A DNA stretch of 64,000 nucleotides from positions 8,774-72,773 of the forward strand of contig MGKE01000007.1 of NCBI GenBank assembly GCA_001794635.1, in the 5' to 3' direction. Both the position numbers and the translations under genes were made by a program. This document shows, piece by piece, positions 52,134 to 61,324 of this stretch (position 1 is the stretch's first letter; each line of letters opens with the position of its first letter). The notes beneath the pieces are model-generated. The model did not search any database, was not told the DNA's origin, and saw nothing but the letters and a program-made list of their open reading frames with translations. Source of the stretch: Candidatus Yanofskybacteria bacterium RIFCSPLOWO2_01_FULL_39_28. GTDB lineage: Bacteria > Patescibacteriota > Minisyncoccia > 2-02-FULL-40-12 > GWA2-44-9.

Positions 52134-53069
52134 TTACTCAACAAATTTAAGTAGCTCTTTTATATCCTCATTTGGCGTAACATAGATAGTATCGAAAACC
52201 CGCTTCACCGTTCCACCTTCCTGACTATGGTTCTGGACAAAAAAGAAGCTACTTTCATCCCGTTCGAACCTGAACGGATTTTGAGTGGTGATAACACCAA
52301 ACACCTCGCCCCTATCATTAGCCGCCACTCCCCCGCTTAATCCGCCAAAGGAAAATCTGTGGTCCCTGGCCATTTTAACTTTTATATAGGATTCATTCTC
52401 ATGCTGAAGAAGGATGCTTTTTATCTCATCGCTTAATTTATCGTCTTTGATTATTGCCGCCGGATCCGGCTTTACTACTATACCTTCAAGCTCATCGATG
52501 ACAACCTGGCTTTCTTTGGTTAAATCCCTCTGGACTTTCCCATAATAGGTCCTGAATATATCAATAACTCTGTCCGGAAATCCATCCGCTTCATTTAAGG
52601 CTCTGATACCGTGGGGATGCGGATGAATGCCTTTGATAAAAACCCTATCCCCGACTTTGGGTCTTTCCTTGGCAACCAGCAACAACTCGGGAAAATCCCT
52701 TGAAGAGAAAAAGGAATCTATCCTTATCAGAGCGGCATCCCGAATAGGAGGAACCTTAACCACGCGAGCCGTATAGACCTTACCGTTAAAAAAAACTTTG
52801 CAGTAATCTGGCCCGAACGTGCCGAATTCATCGGTAAAGTGCTTAGCCGTATAGAATATTCCCCGCTCGCGGTCAGCTAAAGAACCGGAAGCGACGATAT
52901 AAGGCTGTCTTTCGGCCCACTCCAGTGCCAAGAAAGCAAGGTTTGTTTTAAATTCTTGAGGATAATAACCTCCCTCCTTATACTCATTTATTAGACGAGG
53001 CGGACCACAAGCCACCATAAGCCAAGCGGCAATAAATACCAACCAGCGAAAAATCTTTTTTTTATTCAC
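52134..53069 (-). CDS. Trypsin-like (S1) serine peptidase lipoprotein
   Basis: Lipobox LMVACG. H-D-S triad in order (YTAKHF, RDAALIRI, FGGLSGGV). GTG start. Confidence 0.7.
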   Translation of the reverse strand: MNKKKIFRWLVFIAAWLMVACGPPRLINEYKEGGYYPQEFKTNLAFLALEWAERQPYIVASGSLADRERGIFYTAKHFTDEFGTFGPDYCKVFFNGKVYTARVVKVPPIRDAALIRIDSFFSSRDFPELLLVAKERPKVGDRVFIKGIHPHPHGIRALNEADGFPDRVIDIFRTYYGKVQRDLTKESQVVIDELEGIVVKPDPAAIIKDDKLSDEIKSILLQHENESYIKVKMARDHRFSFGGLSGGVAANDRGEVFGVITTQNPFRFERDESSFFFVQNHSQEGGTVKRVFDTIYVTPNEDIKELLKFVE

Positions 53070-53241
53070 TTATCGCCTCGCTTAGCAATTCCTTATAAAC
53101 TTCGTGATTATTAATATCGACCCCATTTTCATCTATCTGGTGAATCCGTGTCATTTATCTTTTTTTAATGTTCCAGTGCAATGAGTATATTGAATAAACT
53201 GATTATAGTCAAATTAAAAAAATATGGTATAATATGGCATC

Positions 53242-54576
53242 GTGACACCGATTGAATTGAGTAAAGAAATAAGGAATCTTCCGAACAATCCCGGAATATA
53301 CCTGTTCAAGAATTCCAAAAATAAGCCTCTCTATATAGGCAAGGCTTTAAATTTAAAAAACAGAGTCAAATATTACCTAAAAACCAATGACGCTAGATTT
53401 AAAAAAATGATATCCGAAGCCCATAAAATAGACTTTAGGGAAACGAATAGTGAAATAGAAGCATTGATATTAGAATCTCAATATATTAAAAAATATAAGC
53501 CGGAATTTAACATCGTCCTCCGTGATGATAAACAATACAGTTCTGTTATTTTCACTGATGATCCGTTTCAGAAAATATTTGTCACCCACCAACCGCAAAA
53601 CAAGCTACTAAGAGACAAGGAACAAGAGACAAGGAAGATTAAAAATCTGACTTGGTTACATGGTAGCCCGTCTTTTGTCTCCGAACACATCGGCCCTTTT
53701 ACTGATGCGGGGGCGTTAAAAACAACATTGAGATTGCTTCGCCGAATCTTCCCCTACTGCACCTGCAAACAACAACATAACAATTATTGTCTCAACTATC
53801 ACATTGGCAAATGCCTCGGTTTCTGCTGCCTTAAAAAACAAACAGCTAACAACTTGCAACTAATAATTTATAGAAAAAATATTAAAGCAATTAAAGACAT
53901 CTTGTCTGGCAAAAGAGAATCTCTTATAAAAGATTTTGAGAAAAAAATGAAAAATCTTTCCAATAAACAAGACTACGAAAAAGCAATAGAACTTCAAGGT
54001 AAAATAGAAAAAATAAGAAGGGTTTTTAAAAACGCCCGAATTATTAATAAAAATCCGGTTATGATATATCATAACTCCTCGCGGATCTTAAATTCTTTAC
54101 AAAACATTTTGAATTTACTATCACTGCCCCACCGGATTGAGTGTTACGATATTGCTAATATTCAAGGCAAACACGCTGTTGGAGCAATGGCGGTCTTTAT
54201 TAATGGAAGATCGGATAAAAATGAATACAGAAAATTTAAAATTTACACTAAAAATACGCCAAATGATGCGGCAATGATTAAAGAGATTTTAATTCGTCGA
54301 TTTAATCATTCAGAGTGGCCAAAACCAAACCTAATTCTTGTTGACGGTGGCAAAGCCCAATTAAACATCGCCAAAAAGATTTCAAAAAAAATACCGATCA
54401 TCGCCTTAACAAAAAACGAGAAACATGTTGGAGAAAAAATACTCACAAGCGCTGGAAAAATGATTACTCTTTCCAAATTACCAACCGACATAAGAAACTT
54501 ACTGATTAACCTAGACTCCGAAGCCCACAACTTCGCTATTTCTTACTACCGAAAATTACACAGAAAATCGGTTTGA
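53242..54576 (+). CDS. uvrC: Excinuclease ABC subunit C-like protein, short form lacking the C-terminal (HhH)2
   Basis: GIY-YIG (PGIYLFKN..PLYIGKA.NLKNRV), Cys cluster YCTC..C..H.GKCLGFC, UVR motif DYEKAIELQGKIEKI, RNase H-like endonuclease domain (IECYDIANIQG). GTG start 8 nt after TATAAT. Confidence 0.85.
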   Translation: MTPIELSKEIRNLPNNPGIYLFKNSKNKPLYIGKALNLKNRVKYYLKTNDARFKKMISEAHKIDFRETNSEIEALILESQYIKKYKPEFNIVLRDDKQYSSVIFTDDPFQKIFVTHQPQNKLLRDKEQETRKIKNLTWLHGSPSFVSEHIGPFTDAGALKTTLRLLRRIFPYCTCKQQHNNYCLNYHIGKCLGFCCLKKQTANNLQLIIYRKNIKAIKDILSGKRESLIKDFEKKMKNLSNKQDYEKAIELQGKIEKIRRVFKNARIINKNPVMIYHNSSRILNSLQNILNLLSLPHRIECYDIANIQGKHAVGAMAVFINGRSDKNEYRKFKIYTKNTPNDAAMIKEILIRRFNHSEWPKPNLILVDGGKAQLNIAKKISKKIPIIALTKNEKHVGEKILTSAGKMITLSKLPTDIRNLLINLDSEAHNFAISYYRKLHRKSV

Positions 54577-54591
54577 TTTCTAGCCATTAAA

Positions 54592-54963
54592 ATGCTAAGA
54601 TTGCAAGATCAAATGATGGTTTTTATATTAAGAATTTTAGGCAACTCGGTAGCTTTGTATGCCGCCGCTTGGTTTGTAGCCGGATTAAGCTTTGGCGGTG
54701 GAATTAAGGAGTATTTGATAGCCGGATTTATTTTGGGTTTGCTTAACACAATAGTCCGACCAATACTAAAGCTCATTTCCACGCCCATCATTATCCTGAC
54801 ATTCGGACTTTTTACTATTGTCATCAATGCCTTGCTTTTATGGCTGGTTGATTATATATTTGACTTCATACTAATCAGTGATATTGTTGCTCTTGTCTGG
54901 GTAACCATAGTTGTTGGAATAGTCAATATCATAATATCAGCGATAATCAAAATATTTGATTAA
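54592..54963 (+). CDS. Phage holin family IV / DUF360-type 4-TM membrane protein
   Basis: LNTIVRPILKLISTPIIILTFGLFTIVINALLLWL is the family's core pattern. Confidence 0.7.
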   Translation: MLRLQDQMMVFILRILGNSVALYAAAWFVAGLSFGGGIKEYLIAGFILGLLNTIVRPILKLISTPIIILTFGLFTIVINALLLWLVDYIFDFILISDIVALVWVTIVVGIVNIIISAIIKIFD

Positions 54964-54966
54964 ATT

Positions 54967-55173
54967 ATGTTAACTTACGCCCACATTTTAATATCAGTCT
55001 TACTGATAGCCGGAATCCTCCTCCAGCAAAGAGGTGGCGGTTTGTCGTCAACTTTTGGCGGAGGAATGATGGAGTATAGCACCAAAAGAGGAGCAGAAAA
55101 AGGTATTTTTTACGCAACCATAGTTCTAGCGGTTTTATTTCTAAGTATTTCAGTGGCCAGACTCTTGCTCTAA
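54967..55173 (+). CDS. secG: Preprotein translocase subunit SecG
   Basis: LLIAGILLQQRGGGLSSTFGGG, two TMs, 68 aa. Confidence 0.85.
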   Translation: MLTYAHILISVLLIAGILLQQRGGGLSSTFGGGMMEYSTKRGAEKGIFYATIVLAVLFLSISVARLLL

Positions 55174-55227
55174 ATATATAGCCCTCCTTCGCTAAAGCTT
55201 CGGAAGGGCACTTCTTCGCATGAAGAA

Positions 55228-57078
55228 ATGCCTGCACTTCGAAGCTCCGCAAGGAGCGAAGAAGTGGATAAACAGCGTCAACTAGATGATTTTTTTGGAA
55301 TTCCATCTCCAGAAGAAAATAAGAACGGAACTTCAAATAAAAAAACTTCCGGCTTAAAGGAGGTTCTTAATGGTAAAAATAAAATTTTAACCAAACTTAA
55401 CCTTCTTCCAAAAGTCTTGTCAAACAAAGAACGATATTTGATTTTAGCTTTTTTATTTTTAATCACCGGCTCCATAATTGCTATCCCCATAACCTCTTAT
55501 CTTCATTTAACAATGCCGGTTGCCGCTAAAGGCGGCCAAATAAGCGAAGGGGTTGTTGGTGAACCGCGTCATGTTAACCCACTTCTTTACCAAACCGACG
55601 CTGACAGAGACCTAGTCAAACTTATTTATTCTGGTCTTTTTAAATACAATGAGGATGGAAAACTCGTACCTGATTTGGCCAAATCTTACGAGATATCTCC
55701 CGATGAACTTAACTACACAGTGTATTTGAGAGAAAATATATTTTGGCATGACGGTAAACCATTAACAGTTGACGATATAATCTTTACCGTCAGAACAGCC
55801 CAGAACACAGATTATGGCAGCATGCAAAGAATCAATTGGCAAGGAGTTGAACTAGAAAAAGCAAACGACCACACTCTAATATTCAAACTCAAAAACAAAT
55901 ACGCCCAATTTCTAAATAATTTGACTCTGCCTATCATGCCTCAACATCTTTGGGAAAACATTAGGCCTATCAATTTTGCCCTTTCCGAACTTAACTTAAA
56001 GCCAATCGGCTCCGGGCCATATATGTTTAAGAAGATCCAGAAAGACTCTTCGGGCAGAATACGCCTCTACGAATTGACGGCGAATCAAGATTTTTATAGC
56101 CAAGAACCTTTCATAGAAAAAATCCAACTTAAATTTTACGAATCGGAAGACGCTTTAGTAGAGGCCTTTAATAGAAGTGAGTTTGATAACTTGAGTTTTA
56201 TTTCTTCTAAAAACTTAAACAAAATTAAATTTAAACAACGCCTGGACACAGAAGAAACTAGAATGCCAAGATACTTCGGTCTATTTTTCAATCAAAATCA
56301 AAGTAAAGCTTTGTCGGATAAAAATATCCGACTGGCTCTTGCTCACGCAACAAACAAAGAAGCATTGGTTAATAATGTTTTAGATGGAAACGGTGTAGCT
56401 ATTGATTCACCGATGATTGATGCGGTTTTTTTCTCGGAACAGGAAACAAAAAAATATGATTATAATAAGGATCTGGCCAAAGAAACTCTTGATAAAAACG
56501 GCTGGAATCAAAATGACCCGCCCGCCGGCGAGGCAGGTGAAAACGGCATCCGAATCAAAGGTGAAGAAAAATTATCAATAAAACTGACCACCTCCACCTG
56601 GCCAGAATTAGCTGAAGTAGCCAAACAGATTAAAGACCAGTGGTTAGAGATTGGGGTTGATGTTCAAATTGAAATGCTGCCTACTCCAGAATTACAGCAG
56701 ACTATTAAGGAACGAGATTATCAGATACTTCTTTTTGGAGAAATTCTCAACCTTGACCCGGATCCTTTTAGTCTGTGGCATTCCTCACAAAAAAAGGATC
56801 CCGGTCTAAATTTAGCCTTATACGACAATAAATCCGCTGACACCTTGCTTGAAGACGCTAGAAAAACAATTGCCCCCACTGAAAGAATGAAAAAGTACCA
56901 AGAATTCCAGAATCTGATAATTGAAGACATTCCGGCAATTTTCTTATATAGCCCCTATTACCTATATGCTCATTCTAAAAAGTTAAAAGGTGTTGAAAAC
57001 AAAATTATCGCAATGCCATCAGATAGATTGTTGAATATTGAGAAATGGTATGTGGAGACTAAGAGAGTTTGGAAATGA
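55228..57078 (+). CDS. ABC transporter family-5 (peptide/nickel type) substrate-binding protein, TM-anchored; start uncertain
   Basis: LIYSGLFKYNEDGKLVPDLAKSYEISPD..NYTVYLRENIFWHDGKPLT.DD is the SBP_bac_5 signature. An N-terminal TM lies ~70 aa in. The 5' end overlaps a GC-rich palindromic element, and a GTG at 55264 is an alternative start. No permease or ATPase is nearby. Confidence 0.85.
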   Translation: MPALRSSARSEEVDKQRQLDDFFGIPSPEENKNGTSNKKTSGLKEVLNGKNKILTKLNLLPKVLSNKERYLILAFLFLITGSIIAIPITSYLHLTMPVAAKGGQISEGVVGEPRHVNPLLYQTDADRDLVKLIYSGLFKYNEDGKLVPDLAKSYEISPDELNYTVYLRENIFWHDGKPLTVDDIIFTVRTAQNTDYGSMQRINWQGVELEKANDHTLIFKLKNKYAQFLNNLTLPIMPQHLWENIRPINFALSELNLKPIGSGPYMFKKIQKDSSGRIRLYELTANQDFYSQEPFIEKIQLKFYESEDALVEAFNRSEFDNLSFISSKNLNKIKFKQRLDTEETRMPRYFGLFFNQNQSKALSDKNIRLALAHATNKEALVNNVLDGNGVAIDSPMIDAVFFSEQETKKYDYNKDLAKETLDKNGWNQNDPPAGEAGENGIRIKGEEKLSIKLTTSTWPELAEVAKQIKDQWLEIGVDVQIEMLPTPELQQTIKERDYQILLFGEILNLDPDPFSLWHSSQKKDPGLNLALYDNKSADTLLEDARKTIAPTERMKKYQEFQNLIIEDIPAIFLYSPYYLYAHSKKLKGVENKIIAMPSDRLLNIEKWYVETKRVWK

Positions 57079-57195
57079 TTAAGTCTGTCTTCGCCCATTC
57101 AGGGCACGGCGTAAATTTCTACTAAAATTTCGCCTTTTACTCGGTTCAGTCAACCTCCGTAAATCCCTTCATGGGCTGAAAGATAGACTTAATCA
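57076..57195 (+). other. 120-nt structured element starting at the SBP stop codon
   Basis: TGATTAAGTCTGTCTT..GCCCAT pairs with ATGGGC..AAGATAGACTTAATCA (~25 bp with one G.U and a bulge). It encloses the hairpin GGCG(U)AAAUUU-cuacua-AAAUUUCGCC. Confidence 0.4.
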
Positions 57196-57211
57196 TTGTT
57201 CTGGATTGTTG

Positions 57212-57240
57212 TTGCAATTTTAAAATGGTTATGCTATACT
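57212..57240 (+). promoter_or_regulatory. Sigma-70 promoter for tRNA-Leu
   Basis: TTGCAA, a 17-nt spacer, then TATACT, 54 nt upstream of the tRNA. Confidence 0.6.
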
Positions 57241-57293
57241 GTATTTAACATCGTAAGTATCTCATTACTTTCTACCCTTTCTCTCAAATAAAA

Positions 57294-57380
57294 GCCCCCG
57301 TGGTGGAACTGGCAGACATGCATGCTTCAGGAGCATGTGGCCGCAAGGCCGTACAGGTTCAAATCCTGTCGGGGGCACCA
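57294..57380 (+). tRNA. tRNA-Leu(CAG), CCA encoded
   Basis: Acceptor GCCCCCG/CGGGGGC, anticodon arm CAUGC-UUCAGGA-GCAUG, long variable arm UGGCCGCAAGGCCGU, T arm ACAGG-UUCAAAU-CCUGU, then ACCA. Confidence 0.92.
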
Positions 57381-57468
57381 ACTAAATAAGCTAATTATCT
57401 ATCTCTTACAAATAAATCTCTTATTTGTAGATTCGTACTTTCGTACCGATTAGTAATTAGTAGTCATT

Positions 57469-59394
57469 ATGATAGAACAAAAAAATAAACCCTCGTCTCA
57501 TCAAACAAGACGAATCTCGCCCGGTCAGAGCGCGAGACGCCATCATACCTCTCAAATCCACCAGTCGATGGATCGAGGTCCAATAGATCCTAACAAAAAG
57601 GACATGAGAAAACTTCAGCGTTCCCAAAGGGATCGCTGGATGAAGCCGGTTGTCCGGCATGTTAAAGTTCTACGGGAAACTTTCCGGAAAGAACAACAAA
57701 GAGAAGCCGGCACCGAAACCGGCGGTCTTAAGATAGTCCATTTCGGCGGTCTTGGTGAAGTCGGCCGAAACATGTCCGCCATCCAATATGACAATGAGAT
57801 AATCCTTATTGATGCCGGCGTTCGTTTCGGTGACGAAAAAATGCCAGGCATAGATTTTATTATTCCCAATCCTGGCTATTTGGAGGAAAAGGAACATATG
57901 GTAAAAGCTATGTTTTTCACCCACGGCCACATGGACCATGTTGGGGCTTTGCCTTTTGTTTTGGATAAAATTGGAGATCCAGATTTTTATGCAGCTCCTC
58001 TAACCAAGGCTCTGCTCATGAAACGTCTTGAAGAATTCAAAGACCGCAAACCAATAGATATTATGACTATCCAGCCAGGCGAAGAAATAAAGATATCCGA
58101 TAAACTCACGGTTAAAGTTCTCCGTATTAACCACTCCATTCCTGACGATCTTGAAATAATAATTAAAACTCCGATTGGCAATATCGTTCACACTTCTGAC
58201 TTTAAATTTGATGATACCCCGGTTAATGACAAACCGGCTGATGTAGAAGAAATGGAAAGAATGAGCCGCGAAGAAGGTGTTTTGGTCCTTATGTCTGACT
58301 CAACCGGCGCTGAAAACGAAGGCCACTCTTTATCTGAACAAGATATTACCAAAAATTTGGATGACATAATCAGCAATGCTACCGGTATGCTTATAATGGG
58401 AACATTCGCTTCTCTGATTAACCGCGTCCAGCAGATAATCACTATTTCGGAAAAATATGGCAAGAAAATTGTTTTTGACGGTTACTCCATGAAAACCAAT
58501 GTTGAAATATGTAAAAAGTTAGGTTATTTAAAAATGGCTCGCGATACTCAGATATCAATGGAACAAATAGATGACTACCCGCGCGATAAAATTGTGGCCG
58601 TTGTAACTGGCGCCCAAGGTGAGGGTAATGCGGTTTTAATGCGTATTGCCAATGGTGACCATAAATATGTCCGTATCCTTAAAAACGACACGATTGTGTT
58701 CTCGTCTTCGGTCATTCCCGGTAATGAAAAAGATGTTCAATTTCTAAAGGATCAGCTCTACCGCAATGGAGCCAAGGTTTTAAATTATAAAATGCTTGAC
58801 GTTCATGCTGGCGGACACGGAAATAAAGAAGACTTGCGCCGAATGATCCAGTTAATGAAACCTAAATTCTTCTTCCCTATTCATGGACAATATTCAATGA
58901 TGATCAACCATGGTCTGATGGCTCAAGGAGAAGGTGTCTTACCAGAAAATACCATAATCGCCGACAACGGCTCCATTACTCACATTGAAAAAGATAAGTG
59001 GTGGTTTGAACGCGAGAAAGCCCCGTCTGATTACGTCTTCGTTGACGGGCTCGGCGTCGGTGATATCGGCAATGTTGTTTTACGGGACAGACAGATCCTG
59101 GCCGAAGATGGCATGTTTGTTATCGTCGCCCTTGTTCAACATTCACAGTCAGCACAAGGCCACAAACTAATGTCTAGCCCAGACATTATTTCCCGCGGCT
59201 TCATTTACCTTAAAGAAAACCGAGAACTTCTGATGGAAGTCCGCAAGAGAATCAGGAAAATTGTTGAAAGCCAGCGCGCCTATGAACCAAATTTCGCTTA
59301 CATGAAAGACCAACTCCGCAACCAAATCGGCCTATTCCTCTTCCAAAAAACCCAGAGACGACCCATGATTCTGCCTGTGGTTATTGAAGTTTAA
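57469..59394 (+). CDS. rnj: Ribonuclease J (metallo-beta-lactamase/beta-CASP) with a basic ~85-aa N-terminal extension; start uncertain
   Basis: LKIVHFGGLGEVGRNM, THGHMDHVGALP, beta-CASP and C-terminal domain. The upstream basic region may or may not be translated. Confidence 0.92.
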   Translation: MIEQKNKPSSHQTRRISPGQSARRHHTSQIHQSMDRGPIDPNKKDMRKLQRSQRDRWMKPVVRHVKVLRETFRKEQQREAGTETGGLKIVHFGGLGEVGRNMSAIQYDNEIILIDAGVRFGDEKMPGIDFIIPNPGYLEEKEHMVKAMFFTHGHMDHVGALPFVLDKIGDPDFYAAPLTKALLMKRLEEFKDRKPIDIMTIQPGEEIKISDKLTVKVLRINHSIPDDLEIIIKTPIGNIVHTSDFKFDDTPVNDKPADVEEMERMSREEGVLVLMSDSTGAENEGHSLSEQDITKNLDDIISNATGMLIMGTFASLINRVQQIITISEKYGKKIVFDGYSMKTNVEICKKLGYLKMARDTQISMEQIDDYPRDKIVAVVTGAQGEGNAVLMRIANGDHKYVRILKNDTIVFSSSVIPGNEKDVQFLKDQLYRNGAKVLNYKMLDVHAGGHGNKEDLRRMIQLMKPKFFFPIHGQYSMMINHGLMAQGEGVLPENTIIADNGSITHIEKDKWWFEREKAPSDYVFVDGLGVGDIGNVVLRDRQILAEDGMFVIVALVQHSQSAQGHKLMSSPDIISRGFIYLKENRELLMEVRKRIRKIVESQRAYEPNFAYMKDQLRNQIGLFLFQKTQRRPMILPVVIEV

Positions 59395-59496
59395 CAAAAT
59401 ATCCATACAGTACTATTGACTTTAGGACTTAAGGGAGTATAATGATAGGTAATGGTAGTATAGCTATGTAAATTACATCGCTAAAGCTGCGTGTCA

Positions 59497-59535
59497 ACAA
59501 ATGGAGCCTTTGTAAAAGGGCTCCATTTGTTTTAT
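59497..59535 (+). terminator. Intrinsic terminator after rnj
   Basis: 12-bp stem ACAAATGGAGCC/GGCTCCATTTGT followed by TTTTA. Confidence 0.75.
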
Positions 59536-59544
59536 AATCCCACT

Positions 59545-59628
59545 CGTGGATCCGGGCCTGTAGTTTATGTAGTAAAATACTGCCATCGATACGCAGCGAA
59601 ACGAGTGCAAATCTCGTCGGGTCCACGC
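59545..59628 (+). ncRNA. Candidate small RNA between two terminators
   Basis: Putative promoter TTGTAA-17 nt-TATAAT (59510-59538) embedded in the rnj terminator. The body closes with CGUGGAUCCGG/UCGGGUCCACG and contains the hairpin CGAG-UGCAAAU-CUCG. It is followed by the terminator at 59629-59655, which works on the plus strand too. Confidence 0.3.
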
Positions 59629-59655
59629 TAAAAAATCTCCGAAAGGAGATTTTTT
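59629..59655 (-). terminator. Bidirectional intrinsic terminator
   Basis: AAAAAATCTCC-GAAA-GGAGATTTTTT. Confidence 0.75.
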
Positions 59656-60610
59656 AGTTATCTATGATTTTCTGAATTTTAATATCACTAACCAGTTCAA
59701 AGTAATGGTTGCCACTAGCTACTCCGCGACTTTCAATTTCTCCTGAAATGATCATCTGATCGCCAACTATTATGTTTGGTAAGAAAGTAAAATCAAGAAT
59801 ATTACTTCTGGAAATAAGGTAGTGCTCACAAATAGAAGCCTCATTATCGCACTTTTTGAACCAGAGATAATTTTGATATGTGGGTGAAACAAGCGAAGCA
59901 TCTCCTCTATATTCAACGGTTTTATTCTCAATCTTATCAATAAACCTGAACATGGAGAGGATTTGGTTGAATTCATTAGATTTTAAAAACTCTTGTCCTG
60001 AATCAAACTTAATTACCGAATCATCCTTTAAAAAGAGCTGGTAATAAGAATAGCCCGGCAGTCCTGCAAATTCCACATAAGTACCCGAATATAAAGATTC
60101 TTGCCTAAGGATATCTTCCTGATATTTAAAATAATTTTTAATAAAGATGTTCAGATCCTGCTTGTTTGCTTTATGAATAGTAAAATCAAACACTAGCCAC
60201 ATGTCGGCTTCTCTTTTATTTATATTACCTATCCGCCACAAATCATTTCCTGCATCTGTTTTGTTTTCTTGAACTTCTAAATAATCCGGATACCTGAACT
60301 CAAACCCATACTCCTCATTGCGGTAGGTTTGCCAGTTGGCAAACGGGTCTTGAGTTTTTTGCTCGGCTCTTTTTTGCTGAAGCTCTTGGATTTGTTTCTG
60401 ACCGTCTTCGGCTATTTTCTTGGCTTCATTAAAATTACTCCAAGCCAGATATGTAGCGTAACCATAAACAACCGCACCGGTTATAACCAAAGCCCCAATC
60501 AAAGCCAAAAAGTTAGGAGTAAAGTTTGCTTTGATTAATCCTTTAAGCGATATTACCGATTGAGAAGTTTCTGATTGAATTTGAGTAAGATCGTTTGGTT
60601 CATTATCCAT
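59654..60610 (-). CDS. Membrane-anchored hypothetical protein (318 aa)
   Basis: TM FLALIGALVITGAVVYGYATYLAW followed by an extracytoplasmic domain. No recognisable motif. Confidence 0.75.
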   Translation of the reverse strand: MDNEPNDLTQIQSETSQSVISLKGLIKANFTPNFLALIGALVITGAVVYGYATYLAWSNFNEAKKIAEDGQKQIQELQQKRAEQKTQDPFANWQTYRNEEYGFEFRYPDYLEVQENKTDAGNDLWRIGNINKREADMWLVFDFTIHKANKQDLNIFIKNYFKYQEDILRQESLYSGTYVEFAGLPGYSYYQLFLKDDSVIKFDSGQEFLKSNEFNQILSMFRFIDKIENKTVEYRGDASLVSPTYQNYLWFKKCDNEASICEHYLISRSNILDFTFLPNIIVGDQMIISGEIESRGVASGNHYFELVSDIKIQKIIDN

Positions 60611-60679
60611 GTTTAATCCTAATTATAACATAAGTTAAGTCACCATACCACACACCCTTAATCTTCTTTCAACACCCAT

Positions 60680-60715
60680 ATTAGGTAAATTCATCATATG
60701 ATGAATTTACCTAAT
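60680..60715. repeat. 36-nt perfect palindrome, 30 nt downstream of PaaX-like gene B
   Basis: ATTAGGTAAATTCATCAT|ATGATGAATTTACCTAAT. Confidence 0.95.
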
Positions 60716-60745
60716 TTAAACAACTCAATAAAAAACAAGAGTGGG

Positions 60746-61312
60746 TTAGACTAATATAATGCCGTTTCTTTTCTCAAAATCATAACGTAATTGTTCCTCC
60801 CCTGAAATCTCATGGCAAGTTATTTGGTGAATATATCTTTCAACTTCAAAAGCTTTGCCTACAACAGCGATTTCATTTTTACATTCAAAGGGGTAAGCCC
60901 AGACACTTCGCTGAAACATAACAAAACCAAGTTCTTTTAATTTTCCAAGTAAAGCGGCTCTTGCTTTATATTTCTTAGCTGGAATATCAAAAATAACCAA
61001 TCGCCAATTTTTATCCCACTGCTTCGGAGTTTCAACGGAAAGATTATCTAGGTTATATTTACGGGTATACTTTCGACCAGCCTTTGTCGTTGTAATAATA
61101 TACATACCATCCGAACTAGGTTCTATATTAATAAACCCTTTGCGTCTAAGGTGATATAAGCTGCTTCTAAATTGCTTCCATTTTCTTCTCTTTAGTTCTT
61201 TTTGGATCGCACCAACAGCCCTAAGGCCAAAATAAGGATTAGTGGCCGCAACTAAAACTACGCCTCCGACCACAAGTGTTGTTAATAAAATTCTTGAAAA
61301 AGGTTTATCCAT
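60746..61312 (-). CDS. PaaX-like protein: N-terminal TM + winged helix + Cas2-like-fold domain (gene B)
   Basis: NWRLVIFDIPAKKYKARAALLGKLKELGFVMFQRSVWAYPF parallels gene A. wHTH-like LYHLRRKGFI. N-terminal hydrophobic LLTTLVVGGVVLVAA. Confidence 0.7.
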   Translation of the reverse strand: MDKPFSRILLTTLVVGGVVLVAATNPYFGLRAVGAIQKELKRRKWKQFRSSLYHLRRKGFINIEPSSDGMYIITTTKAGRKYTRKYNLDNLSVETPKQWDKNWRLVIFDIPAKKYKARAALLGKLKELGFVMFQRSVWAYPFECKNEIAVVGKAFEVERYIHQITCHEISGEEQLRYDFEKRNGIILV

Positions 61313-61324
61313 AATTATTTCTTA

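Noticed and set aside
53060-53153. A 30-codon minus-strand ORF (MTRIHQIDENGVDINNHEVYKELLSEAISE) whose stop overlaps the GTG start of the trypsin-like lipoprotein gene
   Set aside because: It is too short and has no recognisable motif or clear RBS. It could be a coupled leader peptide, but I cannot support it from sequence alone.
53070-53241. A gene-orientation switch (minus-strand genes to the left, plus-strand genes to the right) that could mark a replication origin
   Set aside because: I found no TTATCCACA-type DnaA boxes or AT-rich unwinding repeats in the 170-nt gap, and no dnaA/dnaN nearby. The gap contains only a TATAAT promoter for uvrC and a possible 30-codon upstream ORF.
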